Part shown: in pieces, positions 14,154 through 26,494 of the stretch
How positions within the stretch are numbered: position 1 is the first letter of the stretch
How the letters are laid out: each line of letters opens with the position of its first letter
Assembly (NCBI GenBank): GCA_964016885.1
Contig: OZ024742.1
Span: forward strand, 176,638,001-176,702,000
From: Eledone cirrhosa
Lineage: Eukaryota
Length of the DNA: 64,000 nucleotides
Direction of reading: 5' to 3'
Notes under the pieces: model-generated
Databases searched by the model: none
Told to the model about the DNA's origin: nothing
What the model saw: only the letters and a program-made list of their open reading frames with translations
Translations under genes and position numbers: made by a program

Positions 14154-15891
14154 ATATATATATATGTACGTTCGGAAACATGCATATTTACTCAAAATGT
14201 GTTTCTTTATTGGGGTTTCACCAATTTTAAGATCTAAGATGTAAGAGGTTACACTGTGTCTCATTGGTTGAAGTGTTATGTTTTAATCTCAATCTCTCTT
14301 TCTTCAATACACCAATCTGTGAACATGTGCGGTGCGGTCGTTAAGGGAACTAGAAGTAGGTGATGCCATGGGGGTTTCAGTAGCTCCGATGTGATGGTGT
14401 CTTGTATCGCGGGCTTCCAGTTAGATAAAAATTGTGTCTTTTGATGCACTCATGTCGTGTGAATTTAATAAAAGGAAAACTACACGCCAGAAAAGTAAAA
14501 TGAGTGTATGTGTGGTTAAGGATTCGTAACCATGTAGCTTTGGTTTAGGTTACTATATTTATTGACCCCGAAAAAATGAAAGGAAAAGTTGACCTCGGTT
14601 GTATTTGCATTCAATCGTCTCCAGTACTCGACTGTACGAGCTATAGTCGATCGATCAATGGTCCTCCGTCTTTCCAGTTGTTCGGTCAAGGAGGTAGTCT
14701 GCAAGCTTAAGAAATTAACTTAAAAGTATTTCGCAGACACGGGATGTTCCGTATCAGAAGGTAGAGCTTGGTTGCGTTTTCTAATTACAGGAAAAGACTA
14801 TTCAACGGGCTTCCTAACAATATTTTGTCTACCCAAATTCATTCAAAAGTCATAGGTTGACTTCACTTCCGATGTTATGGTAAATGACACTTGCCTAAGA
14901 TACTACTCAGTGGGATCAAACCTTGCGAAGTGAATGTCTTCACCATTCGTCCATGCTGCATGTACGCCAATCTCTAGAGAGAAATTGTTCTGACAAGCAT
15001 CCGCCCGTACTGTTCTGTGAATTATTCTCCAGTACAATTTGTACCGATAATCAGAAATCAGTCCAACTGCAGTTTTACCTTTTATTGTTGGTAAAGTGTA
15101 AGTGAAATATGTATGAAACAAACCGGTAAAAACTAAGGTTTCCTTCATTGCCACTCCACACATTGTTCCTCGCTTTATATTATTAGCCCTCAGTACATAT
15201 AACTGTAGCAGCCAATAACGAAACAGTTACGTTTCAAGGGATATTAATACAACAAATAACTTTCTGAAACATCTGACCTTTCTATGTTAATATTTCCTAT
15301 AAAACAGAAAGCTATAAACGGTGTTCTAATCTGCTCACAAATAAAACCATACGCAGTCTTATCTATACATCTACTGAAAGTATGATTTTCTTCTTCTAGC
15401 ATGCCTGCAGCGCTAGAAGTATTGAATGCAAGCCAATATAGAGGCAAACATTATTAATATATTACACCCCTTCCTGTTCTGCCAACCGTTTTATTACTTT
15501 ACATTATTCTGTCTATATTCATGATTGTGTCGCACTTATTTAGATACTTGCAGAAAAATTATTACTGAGATTCGCATCATCTCGGAGAACTAATTCATTT
15601 TCTTTCTCCTGCGACATGATTTCCCTGTTGGACATTTTCTGAAATTATAACGAAAGACGGAGACAGAAAGAGATAAGAAGAGAAAGACATAAGAAGAGAG
15701 ATATAAAACAGAGAGAGGGAGGGAATAAAGACCCAGAAAGGGACAGAGATAAATACAGAGAAAAATGGAGTCAGAGAGAGATGAAATGCAGAGACATAAA
15801 TACGGAGGGAAAGGTCGAGAGGAATAAAACAGAGAGGGAAAGAAAACAAAGACAAAGAAAGAGATTGTGTTTGTCAGAGAGAGACATAATC

Positions 15892-15892
<1 letters not shown>

Positions 15893-15940
<48 letters not shown>

Positions 15941-15952
15941 GAGAGAGAGAGA

Positions 15953-16010
<58 letters not shown>

Positions 16011-16016
16011 GAGAGA
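15893..16016. repeat. (GA)n microsatellite within a purine-rich tract
   Basis: Read directly. Confidence 0.97.
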
Positions 16017-16469
16017 AATACAGAGATGAGGGGAAGTGAGAAAGGGGGAGACAGAACGAGACATAAAATGCTAAATTACACAAGAACATCTAAGATAAAC
16101 ATAGACAACTGATAAAATTGAAGTTTCAAGATTCTCTGTGTTTTAATTGTTTTATGGTCTTTATGTGCACAAGTAACAATTCTTCTTATTCAATGAGACA
16201 TTTGTGTTATTTTTTGAAAATTATTTTCCCATTTTGATCGAATAAATTCATATACACACACACACACACAAACATAAACATACAAACACACACACACATA
16301 TACACACACGCGCGCACACCATATATATATATATTCGCAAATTAATACAGGGAGATTATATATGTGTGTGATTGTATATAAATATATATGTGTGTTTAGA
16401 TGTATATATATGTTTATATATATATATACACATATGTATATATGTATATATATTTGTATATATACATAC

Positions 16470-16531
<62 letters not shown>

Positions 16532-16882
16532 GCGTCGTGTATTAAACTGCGGTTAACATAAACAGAGTAACGCATAAAATTCAATTCAGCAAGCGAAAAT
16601 AACAATGTAGGTGAAAAACAAAGTGAAAATGAAATAAACCACATTTCCTAATTTGCTTTTTTAAGGCAAGAGTTTTATTTTTTCTCTGTTAGTTTATAAA
16701 ATATTCTTTTCCACACAAATAAAGCAGTAATAATTCAATTTAACTTACCTGTACTTGAATTTTGTCTTCAACAAAGAAAATATAAAAAGAAAATATAAAA
16801 ATATAAAATATAAAAATAGAACATTCAACGTTTGTCAATACGGTAAATATTTGTAAGATTTAATTTAATTCTTTTTATTATC

Positions 16883-17133
<251 letters not shown>

Positions 17134-17288
17134 AAAATAACAGATTAAAGTTTAAGCAAAGAATCGTTGCTTTCACCCTTAACGGGATCTTCTGAAACTA
17201 ACAAAGTTAATATGTGAACGCAGAAGTGAATATTTCAAAAAACATTGCAACCGGAGGAAGACAGGAAGACGATACTTTGGTTTGTGGA

Positions 17289-17560
17289 TACGTTCCCTGG
17301 CAAAGAACGGGAAAAAACGAATATTATACATCATTATTAGGAGCGGTGAAAAACAATTACACGCAAAGACAAAACCACGTTTATGGTATAAAAGAAGTCG
17401 TATACTAATATTGTATTAGTTGGTTCATAGAGACGTTCTCTGGCAATGAACGGAAAAAACGAAGATAATATGTCATATGCGGAGCGAGGAGTACAATTGC
17501 ACACACATACAAAACCACGTAAATTGTATAACTGAAGTCTTAGACTAAAATTCTAATTAG
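17289..17560. repeat. Diverged two-unit tandem repeat (period about 143 bp)
   Basis: acgttc.ctggcaa.gaacgg.aaaaaacgaa..caaaaccacgt..gaagtc recurs at 17290 and 17433. Confidence 0.7.
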
Positions 17561-17880
17561 GAAACCGAATGATGCTCGGCTTCAGAGTTAAGAATAAAGT
17601 AAATAAAATACATAGGTAATAGAAATTAAATAAATACATACACGCATCCAAATATTTGGTCTACGGTTCTTATATATTTGATATATATTTATCCTTATCG
17701 AGCCCTCTTTGGATTTTAATCTTCAAATTTATTATTATTACTATATATATATATCTAGCATGTATATATATGTATATGTGTGTGTGTATGTGTGTATGTA
17801 TATATGTATGCAAATGTGTGTGAAGGGTTTTCCGCAACATATGTATGCATGGCTAAACTGGTTCTCATTTGACTGTATTC

Positions 17881-18004
17881 CTCTTCTTCTTCTTCTTCTT
17901 CTTCTTCTTCTTCTTCTTCTTCTTCTTCTTCTTCTTCTTCTTCTTCTTCTTCTTCTTCTTCTTCTTCTTCTTCTTCTTCTTCTTCTTCTTCTTCTTCTTC
18001 TTCT
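17881..18004. repeat. (CTT)n microsatellite
   Basis: Read directly. Confidence 0.98.
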
Positions 18005-18229
18005 CACCCTCTTATTTCTGGAAGGTCATGGAAACAGAGTCTTCAAACACACCTTCCAGTGGCCCTTGTCAGAAGCAACTGTCTCTAATTGAGTGGGCTG
18101 GATCACCAAGCGGGAGTGGATGGGCTCTGGATTCTCCTGCTGGTTGGTTTTGCACGTAAAAATCTGTCCAGCAACTTTTCCTAAGACATATTTATATATA
18201 TGTATACATATTTATGCAGTAGGCTCATA

Positions 18230-18780
18230 TATAGAGAATGCTATAAAATATCTCATAGAATAGGATAAATACACTTAGAACGGGAAAAAAGCTGAACATA
18301 TATATAGACCAATTTTTAACCGACATACAGTAATAATCAGCTACACCTGGGCTAAAATCATTAAAGTCCGAAACACCCGAATCATCAAAAATGTATGAAC
18401 GTTCCCATACGCGCATGCTCTTTCTGAAAGTTCGGAATCAGGCCCTCTTGATCAGCAATGCAAGATACCCGTTGCAATGTATGAAACTTATGGAACCGCC
18501 ATCCAACTGAATCAGGAGAAAAATGTCAAAACCTATGAAGATATGATGGAAGGTCGCATCAAAGGCCACGTCCTTAACCACGAAGCGACATTTTGGCACC
18601 CGGATAAACGAACAGCCAGAAAGCTGGCAAGCCACGTGCCGTTGCGGACTTCTTCATTTATGGGAAAATCCTGGATTTCAAGTCCGTACCATTACGGGAA
18701 GAAGGCTTGTAAAGTATGCACCGAAGAACGATTGGAACATCTTAAGACGGCTACGTTCTATGAAAATAGACCTTAATATG
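18230..18780 (+). mobile_element. Decayed Penelope-like GIY-YIG fragment (second PLE type)
   Basis: KTYEDMMEGRIKGHVLNHEATFWHP..KLASHV and PYHYGKKACKVCTEERL resemble the PLE YIG..FK.R..NH..F and C.LC.EEK motifs. Confidence 0.6.
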
Positions 18781-19194
18781 AATGTCAACTTTTTCAACTG
18801 ATGCCACCCATATGTAAATACATCTTCCATAATTGGAAGAACTCTGACTAACAACTAGACAACTACAAACCAAAATCTGATAGCCCGAGCTTATCCCCAA
18901 GCCTTACAATAAAACATTATTTTCTATGATATTTTTCTAACACACTAAGAAGCCTTGAAAAGAGCCATCCCTCCAACGTCAATGATATCTACCTAGCTGT
19001 CAACAAACCTTCTAAGTAAACAGCCCGCTATATTTTTATAGCTCACATAATAGACTTCCTAACAATAAGTACGAATACATTTATTCTATTTAACACAATA
19101 AGTGTTAACCTTCCTTATAGATAATTGAACTTTTCCAAATTCTCTACCCTTCCATATACTTTCTCTAGAACGTTAATCTCACGCTTATGACGAA

Positions 19195-21410
19195 GATGCT
19201 CGTGTGCAGCCAGAGGCATTCACTAAGTGGTTTTCTTAAAGTTCCCTTTCTTTAACCAGTTCCATGTCTGCATTATCTTATCAACTTCCAATATCCCTAA
19301 GTACACATAAACTTCATCTTCTACTTGCTACATAACCTTCCCTAATGGCAGCACCAATCCCTCTATTCTTTTAACTTTGCTTCTGTTCCAGTTTAATACA
19401 CCACACGTTTTTAATCCGAACACGATTCTGATAGCAGCACCAAATATGTACCGTATCAACGAGGGAACCAAGCCGGAATTCATTTTTACAATAAAGCTTA
19501 AGGTCGTCCATGAATAATAAGTGATTGACGTTTTGCTGGCGATCTTTGAATTCATACCCATACTTAACATTTCTCAAGATCATTGTCAGTGATATCACAC
19601 ACAGAATAAACATCAGTGGTGACATTCTGTCCCATTGGAATATACCTCTCTTGATTTCTATTGTTCCTAAATGCCTTCCATATGCTGTCAATTCAGACTT
19701 CCACTCTTTCATACTTTTCTTTACGAATCCCTCAACATGTGATGCAATACCAAATAAGGTATCGCCGTATCCAACAGTAAGGCATAATGTCATATCTTTT
19801 GCAACAATCGATCCACGCAATAGTCAAGTTGAGTGTTGTCCTTTTGCTATCCTTAAGTATTGTTTTATCTATCAAAATTTGGTCCTTTGTACATCTGTAC
19901 CCCTGCTTGCTCCTTTTCTGATGATCTGGTAGAACTCAATTTTTTTCAGGATGCCCGTACACTGATTGTGCGATTATTCCAATCAATAATTTCCACATAA
20001 GTGGTAGGCATGTTATTGGTCTGTTGTTGTCTATTGCATTCCCTTTAGTGTCAACTTTTAAGCACAAAACTGTCCTGCCCTTTTGCCAGCAACTCTGGTT
20101 AGCATTGTGTAGAGTTGATCTATGATTCGTCCATGGCATTGACAAACACTTTTGATCCAGTAACCTTGACCTCCATCTAGTCTCGGAGACATCAAGTTGC
20201 TCATCTTTTTTTCTGGCTTCATTCATGTCCCTAGGGAAATAATTAGTTCTGGCTATTGTGGGCAAACTGTTGTTTGTTTAACTTCTAACCAAATATCGTT
20301 TCAACACATTTGACTTTCAATGTTATCCGGTATAATCACTTCATCTATATACTCTCCATTTATTTCTCGGTAAAATCTCTTTCCATCTACTCTGGATAGT
20401 CTATTCTGATGACATTGTTTTATTGTTTGTTCGTGTTTAGCTATCATTTCATTTTTTTGCTATGAGACATTGTTTGAGTTCCTCCATTACTACTTTTATA
20501 TCTTTTCTTTCAATACCATACTTTCTTTCCAGTGCTCTGTATTTTCTGTCATTTCTAAGCTCCTCCTTCTCTTTTCGGACTAAAAGAAATATCCTTCAAG
20601 AAGGTGTCCATACTGGCCTGTATTCTCCTTTTCCAACATGGCGCTTTTTTCGTCTTCCTTAGTGTGTTTCTTTGCCTTGACCTATTGTCTGTTTCAACAA
20701 TGCTTGCTGACTTTATCAGGTCTTTTGTTTCTGTCATGTTATTTGTTTTGATTTATTTCAGAACTTCATTCACCTTATATATTTCTCGATTCAACTTGCA
20801 TTGATTAACCTTCTTTAAGTTGCAAATAAGATACCTGTTGTCCTCCTGTAACCTTGCATTTATTCCGTCGTACAATGCCTTCTGTTCGCCAGTCATGTTA
20901 TCATTAATGTTATTGTTTCCATACCATCTACATTTCGCTTCACAGACAAACCATCTGTACCCTATTTCTGCGGATTACCAGAAATCTCTTCATCCTTGGC
21001 GTCTGCTGTAGTTTGCCTTTTCTAATTTCACCATTTCTTTCACTGCTGTTTCTGATAGCAACTTTTGATAGCTTCGAATTCCACTTCTGTCAACCAGCTT
21101 TTATTTCTTATTGCTCTGGCTTGGTCACATAACCTGTGCTCTGTGAGTTGTACCAAGCCTCTTTCTCTCTATTTTTATGCATTCGTTTTCGGTATCCTTT
21201 GATAGGGACCACATTTTCACCTACAGGATTATTCAAGTAGTAACACTCCATGACCACAACATTTACTTGTTTACTCCACCCCCGTCGTGGTTGATGGTCC
21301 ATTGCTGAACAACGACCTGCTGGAGCCGAGCCATGTACTGCATGTCTGCTGGACACGATACCTTTACCATCAAGGGTTCCAGTCCCTTTAATTCCATTGT
21401 TCTCCATTAC
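19195..21410 (-). mobile_element. Old, deleted R4/Dong-type non-LTR retrotransposon (family D)
   Basis: WSKQVNVVVMECYY N-terminus, [43 protein letters not shown]; many stops and deletions. Confidence 0.85.
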
Positions 21411-21589
21411 TTATTTATTTACCATAATCACTCACATGACGTAGACAAAACATCTAACATATGAGGTAGCGATTATTAGATTGCGCAACTTCCAGTGTTT
21501 TTATCGTAACACCATCACTACTGTTAGTATTATAAAGAAATCATTATCTCCATCATCACTATCGAACTCATCATCACCATCACCATCAC

Positions 21590-24500
21590 CAGACATTCAA
21601 ACATTACAATGAAACTTATGTTATTTTTTAAAGTTGTTATCAATTTATTTGTTTATTATTTATATTCGTCTACAGCGTGATGGTGCCACGCTAAAATCAC
21701 CGGGGGTGAGGAAATCCCTGGGGGTGATGAAATCACCGGTAGTTATGTAACCATACATTCACCAATCCTCGCTATGGGTGTTTAAATGTCGAACCTAAAC
21801 AGTTCGAATAACGGTGACAAGGAGACTGGAACGCCATGTGACAGACACTCACCCAGCAAGTACCCCCTGGCCCAACAGCAGGGACCTGGCTGTCATCCAA
21901 ATACTGCGGGTGTTGGAGGAAGAGGAAGGAGGAAAGGGGCAATAACTAACTGGACGAAAGAATTGACTAGAACTGTCATGGAATGTTACCTGAAGAGTAA
22001 CCCCAAGGAAAAGGGCTATAGGAAACGGATGCATAACATCTGGAACGAGATTGGACTATTTAAATTAGATGAACAAAAATTGGCCAGGCAGGCTCGGGTA
22101 ATAAGAACTAATGGGTGGATAAGCGAGTTGGAACTGGAGGAACTGAACAGAGAGATTAGGTTAGAAATGTAGAGTGGAGTATGCCAGGCAAACGAGCCAG
22201 TGGGAAATGAAGGTGAAGACGTTGAGAGAACGGAGGAACCAGCCGAAGGAGACAATGATCTGAATGCTGAAATAAATAACATCTGGAACAAAGATACGGC
22301 CATTGAGGAAATGAATGCTGACGGGCTAGGACAAGATTTGGTTGATATCCTAAAATTAGTGGTAGATGAAATGAACAATGATAGTGGAAAACCTATGAAC
22401 CTATGATTTGTAGACAGAAAAAAGTTAAAAGAAACAACAGCTAAGGTAAACACAGTTATCCCATACCTTGAGGCGAGGAATATTCACTAATCCAACAATA
22501 TCATCAAAGCAACAGCAAATGCGGTGAGGAAATTACCTGGCATAAAAAGGAGAGGAAACATCAAACAAGAAAGATCAGAACCATGGTGGAAGAAACGACT
22601 GAATGGTCAAATCAAGGAAATGAGAAATGGCATTGGAAAGCTTGAGTCCCTACTGAATGGGACACTACAAAACATAGACACTAAAAATAGACTGGAAATA
22701 TAGTACAAAAGCTAAATATCATCATAGAGGAACTGAAGCAACCTATTTTACCAACGTGGGCAAATATTAGGCGGTATGAGAGCAGAGTCAGTCAGTATAG
22801 ACATAACCGCGTGTTTGACAACAACCAGATGTTGTTTGGACGGCTTGAAAGGAAAGAAAGAGGCAACGACTTGATCTCTGGGGCTGAACATAATAAGACA
22901 TTCTGGAAAGGAATATGGGAGCAGGATGTTGAACATAATGATCAGGCAGTGTGGATTGAGACAGTACAAAATGAGATTAGTGAACAAGCACACCAACAAA
23001 CTGATTTGAGCAACACAGTTGAAACTCTTATAGGGCAGGCCAAAAAACTAACCAACTGGAAATCACCAGGCACCGCTGGTGTGCAAGGGTATTGGATCAA
23101 AAATATAACATCCCTCCACCCGAAACTGACAACCATGTTCAATGACTGCTTGATGTCGGGTGAAGTACCAGAGTGTTTGACAAAAGGTACCACAGTTCTG
23201 GTAATGAAAGACCGAATCAAGGGTAATGACGTTACCAACTATAGATCTATCACATGTCTGTCCGTAATGTGGAAACTGTTAACTTAACAAGCATTGTGTC
23301 TGAGGAAATCTACCATCACCTCCACATAAACAACTTGTTACCGGACTAACAGAAAGGATGCCGAAAGAAGTCCCGTGGTACAAAATACCAGTTACTTATT
23401 GATAAGATGGTTATGAGGAATTGCAAGCGGAGTCACACTGTTCTTGCCATGGTATGGATAGATTACAAAAAGGCATTCGACATGGTACCCCATTCTTGGA
23501 TAACCAAAAGCCTAGAGATCTTCAAGGTGGCAGATAACATCAGACAGTTGTTGAGCAAAAGTATGAAGTCCTGGGAAACAGAGTTAACATCGGGTGGAGA
23601 ATCCTTGAGAGGCGTGAAGATCAAGAGAGGTATATTCCAGGGATATAGTTTGTCCCCTCTAATGTTTGTCCTTTCCCTGATACCCCTAACCATTATACTG
23701 CGAAAAGTGAGAGCAGGATACAAGTTGGGAAAAGGGAGAGCTTGCCATCAATTACCTCCTCTTCATGGACGATTTAAAACTCTTTGGAAAGAGTGAGAAG
23801 GAGTTGGATGTACTTGTTGACACTGTCCGTATTTTCAACAATGATACATGTATTCAATTTTGTATTAATAAGTGTAGATTCCTAGATATAAAGAGGGGGA
23901 TATTGAGCAGAAACAACGGAATCCAGGTACCAACAGGCGAGATGATAAAGTAAATTGACACTGAAGAAGTATACCAATATTTAGGATTTTGGAGGCAGAT
24001 GACATCAATAACAAAAAAAATGAAGTAATTGATAAGATCTCAGTACATTAGGAGAGAAAGGAGCGTATTAAAATCACATCTAAATAGTAGGAATGTCATA
24101 AGTACAGTGAATTCCCGAGCTGTGTCTATTATTATGTACAGTGCGGGAATTCTAAAATGGAATGTTGCTGAACAAAAACAAATGGATAGGAAGACTAGGA
24201 AGCTATTGACTATCTACAACATGTTCCAGAAGGGGAGTGATGTCGATAGACTCTACTTAAAGAGATCTGAAGGTGGAAGAGGTCTTCAGGATAGAAGACT
24301 GTGTTCAGGATAGAAGACTGTGTTCAGGATAGAAGACTGTGTTCAGGATAGAAGACTGTGTTCAGATGGAGGAAAACAACCTGCACAAATACGTGACTGA
24401 CAGTAGGGAGACAATGCTCAGAACTGTACTGAAGGAGGGGACAATAGACCAGGGTATGTCCAAGAAGGAAATAACAGCAAGAAGGAAGAGCAATCTTCAT

Positions 24501-25325
24501 GAAAAAACCCTTCATAGTACCTTCTTTGAGAATACTGAATTTAGAGATCCACAGACATGGAACTGGTTGAAAAGAGGAAACCTTAAAAAGGTTACAGAAG
24601 GAATGCTAATGGCTGCGCAAGAGCAGGCCCTGAGAACGAAATGGGTGAAACACCATATTGACAAGGAGGAGTCTAGCCCACTGTGCAGGATCTGTGGAGA
24701 GAGAGAGGAGACTGTGGCTCACATTGTATCCGAGTGTAAACACCTAGCCCAGAATCACTATAAAGGCTGGATACATGATGTGATGGGCAGGGTGATCCAC
24801 TAGCACCTATGCAAAGTAAACAATTTATCACATTCTGAGAAGTGGTATGAGCATAAGCCAGAGTCGGTGATAGAAAACGATCAGGTGAAGGTGCTGTGGG
24901 ATTTTAGGATACAGACGGACAAAAAACTGGAACACAATAGACTTGACCTGGTGGTTTTGGACAAAGAAAAAAGATCGTGCCTGATTGTGGATGTGGCCTG
25001 CCCATTCGACACGAGAGTGCAAGAGAAGGAGAGGGAGAAAATTAACCGATACCAGGACTTAAAGTGGGAGGTAAAAAGGATTTGGAACTGCCATGAGGTC
25101 AAAGTGGTTCCGATTGTCATAGGCGCACTAGGTACTATCTCAAAGATTTTCCAGGGATGGTTAAAGAAAATTGGTCCCGCCACGCTTTTTGGAACACTTC
25201 AAAATGCATGCTTGCTGGGAACAGTAAGAATCCTCCGATACGTCTTGAATATCTGAGGCTGCAGGTTGGTTTCATATTCATTTCAACAAACTTTGCAGTT
25301 AAATAACATCAATGACTGAGACTCA

Positions 25326-25326
<1 letters not shown>
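21590..25326 (+). mobile_element. Full-length degenerate R4/Dong-type RT-RLE element, family A copy 1, followed by (TAA)n at 25326-25378
   Basis: ORF remnants 21786-25256: WTKELTRTVMECY, RT (GIFQG.SLSPL, MDDLKL), CCHC CRICGE.EETV.HI..EC, RLE R.DLVV..DVACP..K..RY..L. 5' end defined by homology with 54798. Confidence 0.93.
24285..24365 (+). repeat. 4 x 19-bp perfect tandem repeat (ttcaggatagaagactgtg) inside Dong A1
   Basis: Read directly; single copy at the equivalent site in A2 and A3. Confidence 0.95.
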
Positions 25327-25378
<52 letters not shown>

Positions 25379-25384
25379 GGGAAG

Positions 25385-26016
25385 AAGACGCACGAGGTGG
25401 TAGAACGTCACGAAATTGCTCCCGTAAGTTTTTTGATTTTTAACATATTTAAATCAATTGTGAAAGAACAATTCTTAGCACAAATGTTGCATAAAGGCAC
25501 CGAATGAGGTCCCATAAAGTTTCGGATCCATATTATATTGTTGTATCGCTCAAATATTCAATTTTGTATTATATATTTTGTATTCAAAAAAAGAAAATGG
25601 TTATAAATGGAACAAAACACCCTCTGTCTACACTATATAGAACAGCGGCAATTTCAATTTCACCAACACCAGAAACTTGATACACTACCTATCCCATCAC
25701 ACTAAATATAACGGCAACTTCACCGGCATCATAATAATAATTACTATTATTATTGTCTCAAATTAAAAAAAATGTCTCAAATTTAAAAAAAATGTTTAAT
25801 TCAAATTTTACGGGAATATGTCAACACAAAATATAATGAAAATATATATTAAACATACGAACACAAACTCATAGATACTATATCAGTAACCACAACACCA
25901 CCGCTGCCACCACCCCACCACATCCATCATCGCCGCCACCACTCATTCAATGCTACTGACACTATTCCCCTGTTAACTTGAGAGAGAAAAGGGAAGGTGG
26001 TGGTAGCACTAGACAA
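25385..26016 (+). repeat. Orphan repeat, probable 5' UTR and ORF1 start of a Tx1/L1-like element (copy 1)
   Basis: Homologous to 53562-54244; starts after (TAA)n; ATG about 212 nt in, in aaagaaaATGG context as in Tx1-B. Confidence 0.6.
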
Positions 26017-26494
26017 GAGAGAGGCTAGCAAAAGATATAAATAGATTGACTTGGTGACCTTGCCACGGACAAACGTCTACATCAACAATTATGGGACTGC
26101 TGGCTCACCCCTTCCTCACCAACAATATAAAAAGCCCCGGCACCACCACCGACATAGCCAGCAGCAATAACAGCCAACTACAACAAAAAGTATATTATAT
26201 TATTGTAATGCACTGGGTGATTGCTGGCCTGGAGTGGAGACAATTATTAGTAATTTCATTCTTAAGCCACGCAATGCTCACATTAAGGAACCACTCATGA
26301 TAATAACAATTTAAAAAAAACAACAAAAAGAAAACCCCGTGACCAAGAAATACCGGGATGGCGGCCGACGGGGAATAGCCATGTCTCTAGGGGAGAACGA
26401 CCCCTCTAGTCTTGGTTGACACTCGTTCTAGAAGTGGTAACACGAAAAGATTACCCCTTGGCGGATAAGGATAAAACGCGACAAAATAAAGTAG

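Noticed and set aside
14903-15447. Possible host exons (C..K..GFICEQ lectin-like; 86-aa ORF)
   Set aside because: Motif too short and no supported splice structure.
24285-24365. CRISPR-like array
   Set aside because: Contiguous repeats with no spacers, in a eukaryotic context.
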